The notes beneath the pieces were generated by a model. It was given only the letters and a program-made list of their open reading frames with translations. It made no database searches and was not told the origin of the DNA. Positions 1 to 3,128 of a stretch of 3,128 nt of DNA are shown in pieces; position 1 is the first letter of the stretch, and the number at the start of each line of letters is the position of its first letter. This DNA comes from Escherichia phage Mu. A program made the position numbers and the translations under genes. The stretch lies in sequence record AF466696.1. The stretch is one strand, 5' to 3'.

Positions 1-40
1 TTATCCAAAACTCGGTTTACAGGAAACGGTAAATCAGGCT
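1..40. repeat. Left terminal inverted repeat; nt 1..25 is a Gin/Pin/Cin-type crossover site that is 1 bp short (TTATCCAAAAC-TC-GGTTTACAGGAA)
   Basis: Identical to the reverse complement of 3088..3128 except for one missing C in the outer half-site. The site has internal dyad symmetry (TTATCCAAAACC versus reverse complement TTCCTGTAAACC) around a central TC dinucleotide, as in hix/gix sites as I recall them. Confidence 0.85.
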
Positions 41-1019
41 AGGAACGCCGTGCAAAAGAATGGCGATACCTTGTCCGGTGGGCTTACTTTTGAAAACGAC
101 TCAATCCTTGCCTGGATTCGAAATACTGACTGGGCAAAGATTGGATTTAAAAATGATGCCGACAGCGACACTGATTCATACATGTGGTTTGAAACAGGCG
201 ACAACGGCAATGAATATTTCAAATGGAGAAGCAAACAAAGCACCACAACAAAAGACCTGATGAATCTTAAATGGGATGCTTTGTCTGTTCTTGTCAATGC
301 CATTGTAAATGGCGAAGTCATATCAAAATCAGCAAACGGCCTCCGTATTGCTTATGGTAATTACGGATTCTTTATTCGTAATGATGGTTCAAATACATAC
401 TTCATGTTGACAAACTCCGGTGACAACATGGGGACTTATAACGGATTAAGGCCATTATGGATTAATAACGCTACTGGCGCTGTTTCGATGGGGCGTGGTC
501 TCAATGTTTCAGGGGATACACTTTCACACCGTTTTGCTATTAACAGCAGTAATGGTATGTGGATTCAGATGCGCGATAACAACGCTATCTTTGGGAAAAA
601 TATAGTTAACACTGATAGCGCTCAGGCGTTGCTTCGCCAGAATCACGCCGACCGCAAATTTATGATTGGCGGTCTGGGAAATAAGCAATTTGGCATCTAC
701 ATGATTAATAACTCAAGGACAGCCAATGGCACCGATGGTCAGGCGTACATGGATAATAACGGAAACTGGTTATGCGGTGCTCAGGTCATTCCGGGAAATT
801 ACGCCAACTTTGACTCCCGCTACGTGCGTGACGTTCGGCTGGGAACTCAGTCACTGACTGGCGGCTTGTCTCGTGATTACAAGGCGACATCCGGTCATGT
901 TATTACAGGTTTTCATACCAATGGCGACTGGGAAATGCAGGGGAGGGGATGACAAAGTTTATATCCGTCCGGTTCAGAAGAATATCAATGGTACCTGGTA
1001 TAATGTAGCGAGCGCCTGA
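2..1019 (+). CDS. stf: Side tail fibre protein, variable C-terminal (receptor-binding) module A; 5'-partial (constant part lies upstream of the window), with an apparent frameshift near the 3' end
   Basis: The frame is open from nt 2 through the left crossover site ([33 protein letters not shown]...) to TGA 950..952, 317 codons; the ORF-track entry 50..952 is the GTG-initiated part of it. Composition is Gly/Asn/Thr/Ser-rich, typical of fibre distal domains. A conserved fibre tail [23 protein letters not shown] is encoded 948..1019 in another frame and ends 2 nt before the tfa ATG, so the body is cut off at 952. Confidence 0.8.
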
Positions 1020-1021
1020 TT

Positions 1022-1552
1022 ATGATGCATCTGAAAAACATTAAGTCAGAAAATCCAAAAACTAAAGAGCAATATCAGCTAACAAAGAATTTTGATGTTA
1101 TCTGGTTATGGTCCGAAGACGGGAAAAACTGGTATGAAGAAGTAAATAACTTTCAGGACGACACCATAAAGATTGTATGCCACGAAAATAATATTATTGT
1201 TGCCATAACCAAAGATGCCTCTACGCTTAATCCCGAAGGCTTTAGCGTCGTTGAAGATTCCAGATATAACAGCCAACCGCCGCGCTGATGATTCATGAAA
1301 GTAAATGTTTAATGATGGGAGCTGTAATTAAACGGATTTATACGGCAGACGAACAGCAACAACGAGCCGAATCACAAAAGGCCGCATTGCTTTCCGAAGC
1401 TGAATCAGTCATCCAGCCGCTGGAACGCGCTGTCAGGCTGAATATGGCGACGGATGAAGAACACGCACGACTGGGAGTCATGGGAACGCTACAGTGTTCT
1501 GGTCAGCCGTGTGGATACGGCAAATCCCGAATGGCCACAAAAGCCTGAATAA
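1022..1552 (+). pseudogene. tfa: Tail fibre assembly protein (Tfa/U family) A, apparently disrupted by three frame changes
   Basis: ORF 1022..1288 begins [24 protein letters not shown]...DGKNWYEE...NPEG, which resembles the Tfa N-terminus of E. coli cryptic prophages (TfaE-like, from memory). The middle of the protein (..[50 protein letters not shown]) is in the frame of ORF 1288..1548. The expected C-terminus [26 protein letters not shown] is back in the first frame and ends at TAA 1550..1552. Frame changes fall at about 1253..1261, 1288..1330 and 1471..1480. Confidence 0.75.
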
Positions 1553-1557
1553 AAATT

Positions 1558-1577
1558 AAGGCCCGATAGCGGGCCTT
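1558..1577. terminator. Probable bidirectional factor-independent terminator hairpin between the convergent tfa genes
   Basis: AAGGCCCG-ATAG-CGGGCCTT forms a perfect 8-bp stem with a 4-nt loop. On the - strand it is followed by a T-run (complement of AAAAATTAA at 1551..1559); on the + strand it is followed by a weaker CTCTCATTCT tract. It sits 5 nt after the tfa-A stop and 3 nt after the tfa-B stop. Confidence 0.5.
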
Positions 1578-1580
1578 CTC

Positions 1581-2112
1581 TCATTCTGGTTGTTCTGGAA
1601 ACGTTACTGGCAGGCTGGAGGTGTCTGTGGATTCGACCTTCTGCGCGTAGAACATCCACTCTGTTAATTTTTGTTTATTCTCGTCGGAAATGATGCCCAG
1701 CCGTAGCCTGTGAGTCCCATAGCTGTGTTTTATCCCTGACGAACTGTAGCAGGCTTTGCTTTTCATTTTCCGCTTGTTGCCTCTGCTCTTCCTCGGTATA
1801 AGTTCGCTTTATCACTACACCATCTTTGAAACATCCATTTACCCGAAATATCAGCCCGGCGATATTGCTGTAATATCAGGAAACCTCAACGACGTTTGCG
1901 CCTTCTGGATTAATTGCTGAAACATCCTTTTCAATACAAATAATAACGCCGTTGTGGTCAGACCATTTTCAACGTATCAAGCTGAAAGTTCTTTTGTTCC
2001 TCATACCAGTTTTTCCCATCCCCTGTATAAAGCCATTTGATGTTAAATTGTTTCGTTAGCTGGTATTGCTCTTTTGTTTTAAGGTTGCCAGCAGTAATAT
2101 TTTTTAAATCAT
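1581..2112 (-). pseudogene. tfa: Tail fibre assembly protein (Tfa/U family) B, disrupted by multiple small indels
   Basis: The ATG at 2112..2110 sits 2 nt after the stf-B stop but is followed immediately by an in-frame stop (ATG ATT TAA), consistent with 1 nt lost from an ATG CAT TTA AAA AAT start. Tfa segments are spread over several frames: [50 protein letters not shown] (ORF 1958..2185), then DHNGVIICIEKDVSAINPEGANVVEVS*, then FKDGVVIKRTYTEEEQRQQAENEKQSLLQFVRDKTQ, then RLGIISDENKQKLTEWMFYAQKVESTDTSSLPVTFPEQPE* (ORF 1581..1766). These are homologous to tfa-A on the + strand. Confidence 0.75.
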
Positions 2113-2114
2113 AA

Positions 2115-3126
2115 TTAAATACTCCCCGCGTTATACCACGTTCCATTAATGCAATACTGAATTGGCCTTGCCTGAATTGTATCAATTAATTCATCACGGT
2201 TTCCGTTACTGAACCCGTAACGACATAACCTGACCTGTCAGACCAGCCGGGACCATTCCATGTCTGAACAGATGACAGACCGCCAAGACGAATACCTGTA
2301 ATAAACCTTGAGTTACATTCTGCCTGCGTATATGCACCAACATCTCCCGCTGATGGCTTACGTGTTGTGGTGTAAATTTCTGACCAGTCAGCTTCGAATC
2401 CGTAACCATCACGCGCTGAACGATAAAAAATACCGCCGTTCCTGTAATTCACACGGCTGTACGGCAGGGCAACTCCCCGTATTCATATTGAAGTGGAGGA
2501 TTAATGTCGGCAGGGCAACTCCCCGTATTCATATTGAAGTGGAGGATTAATGTCGATGCGCCACCAATATTTGCGTTATAGACCCCGCTATTCCAGTTCC
2601 AGCCAACAGCTTTATCATTTCCGACAGTGCTTCCTGTTTGTCCTAAAGCAAATGCAGGCTGCTGGTTTTTCGTGTTGTAGTCTCGTCGCCAGCCAGGAGC
2701 ATAAGCATCACCATGATTAATATAAGTGAATTGAGCGTTAGTGATTCCGCCGCCGCTGGACGTACTCGGCGTAGTAACGCGTATGGTCATTGCGCCGCGA
2801 GTGCCAATAACTTCCACCACAGCACCTGCATGACAAATATTTCCGCAACCTGTATCTGTAATGACCTTATTGTTTGCATAAGCCCATGAGCCTTTGCACA
2901 TCCAGTAAGGATGGTTAAATGCCCCCTGACTCTCCAGCCACGAAATAAATTGTGCGGTTGTCCAGACCTGACTATCGCCACCAATATTCAGCCATGCGCT
3001 ATATGCGCGACAGGCCCCAATATTTTTGGTGAAGGTATCTTTTCCTGGAATATCTGCGCCGTTCTGGTTTTGCTGTAATGCGCCAGAAGCCTGATTTACC
3101 GTTTCCTGTAAACCGAGGTTTTGGAT
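2115..3126 (-). pseudogene. stf: Side tail fibre protein, variable C-terminal module B; 5'-partial on the - strand (would join the upstream constant part after inversion), disrupted by a 46-bp tandem duplication and frame changes
   Basis: On the - strand the frame is open from 3126 through the right crossover site ([81 protein letters not shown]..., continuing as ORF 2449..2901) to TGA at 2449..2451, 226 codons. Coding continues in a second frame as ORF 2186..2452 (NYRNGGIFYRSARDGYGFEADW...SGYVVTGSVTETVMN*). The conserved fibre tail ..[23 protein letters not shown] is in a third frame, ending with TAA at 2115..2117. Confidence 0.8.
2462..2555. repeat. Perfect direct tandem duplication, 2 x 46 bp (units 2464..2509 and 2510..2555) plus 2 flanking matching nt, inside stf-B
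   Basis: GCAGGGCAACTCCCCGTATTCATATTGAAGTGGAGGATTAATGTCG occurs twice back to back with 100% identity. On the - strand the two copies are read in different frames (..TLILHFNMNTGSCPA then DINPPLQYEYGELPC), and the frame stops at 2449 shortly after. Confidence 0.95.
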
Positions 3127-3128
3127 AA
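3088..3128. repeat. Right terminal inverted repeat; nt 3103..3128 is a full-length 26-bp crossover site (TTCCTGTAAACC-GA-GGTTTTGGATAA)
   Basis: Reverse complement is TTATCCAAAACCTCGGTTTACAGGAAACGGTAAATCAGGCT, matching nt 1..40 with one extra C. It shows the 12-2-12 half-site architecture typical of serine DNA invertase sites. Confidence 0.85.

Larger units (their letters stand above)
1..3128. mobile_element. Invertible DNA segment (phage tail-fibre host-range switch, G/C/P-segment type) carrying two convergent stf(variable)-tfa modules between inverted crossover sites
   Basis: The window begins and ends with the same 40/41-nt sequence in inverted orientation (1..40 versus reverse complement of 3088..3128). 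Both ends are read through by open frames that encode the same first residues ([10 protein letters not shown]) before diverging into unrelated fibre domains. Gene order stf-tfa then tfa-stf in convergent orientation matches the Mu G-segment layout (Sv-U / U'-Sv'). No recombinase ORF lies inside. Confidence 0.85.

Noticed and set aside
60-260. 66-aa + strand ORF near the left end
   Set aside because: Lies wholly inside the 317-codon fibre ORF (2..952) in another frame and has no ribosome-binding context; treated as an alternate-frame artefact.
34-321. 95-aa - strand ORF near the left end
   Set aside because: Antisense to the long fibre ORF; hydrophobic low-complexity translation typical of an antisense frame, with no supporting features.
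1597-1615. GGAAACGTTACTGGCAGG resembling the inner part of the terminal repeat (GGAAACGGTAAATCAGG)
   Set aside because: Partial similarity only, lacking the TTATCCAAAACC half-site and dyad symmetry; it lies in the tfa-B C-terminal coding sequence and is probably coincidental.
1958-2185. N-terminal extension [25 protein letters not shown] on the 75-aa ORF as the true tfa-B start
   Set aside because: This stretch is read-through of the stf-B 3' end in another frame, initiated on a TTG. The recognisable Tfa sequence begins at DLKNI, directly after a degraded ATG at 2112..2110.
2295-2312. Possible third internal crossover site (CCTGTAATAAACCTTGAG) that would make a multi-site shufflon
   Set aside because: Only one half-site is loosely similar, it carries a 3-nt insertion, and the other half does not match; no convincing dyad symmetry.
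2206-2550. ORFs 2206..2412 (-) and 2308..2550 (+) inside stf-B
   Set aside because: Both are alternate-frame or antisense overlaps of the fibre coding region; the + strand one runs across the tandem duplication. Neither has independent support.
2462-2555. Direct repeats as a CRISPR array or a diversity-generating retroelement template/variable repeat pair
   Set aside because: Only two units, perfectly identical, directly abutting with no spacer, inside a coding region. There is no adenine-specific mismatch pattern and no reverse transcriptase or cas ORF in the window. Simple tandem duplication fits better.
2787-2984. 65-aa - strand ORF
   Set aside because: Same strand as stf-B but in a different frame, embedded in the uninterrupted 226-codon fibre frame (3126..2449); judged spurious.

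Overview
The window appears to be one complete invertible DNA segment of an enterobacterial (pro)phage tail-fibre host-range switch, of the Mu G / P1 C / e14 P-segment type. It is bounded by terminal inverted repeats (1..40 and 3088..3128) whose outer 25/26 bp have the 12-2-12 dyad architecture of Gin/Cin/Pin/Hin serine-invertase crossover sites. Inside are two convergent modules, each a side-tail-fibre variable C-terminal region followed by a tail-fibre assembly (Tfa) chaperone gene: stf-A 2..1019 and tfa-A 1022..1552 on the + strand, stf-B 3126..2115 and tfa-B 2112..1581 on the - strand. A GC-rich hairpin (1558..1577) sits between the convergent tfa genes. No invertase gene is present in the window; it is predicted to lie in the flank. 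The cassette looks decayed or error-laden: the left crossover site is 1 bp short, a perfect 46-bp tandem duplication disrupts stf-B, both stf copies have their conserved C-terminal tail out of frame, and both tfa copies are broken by several small indels. All homology statements come from reading the translations against remembered protein families, not from a database search, and indel positions were worked out by hand.
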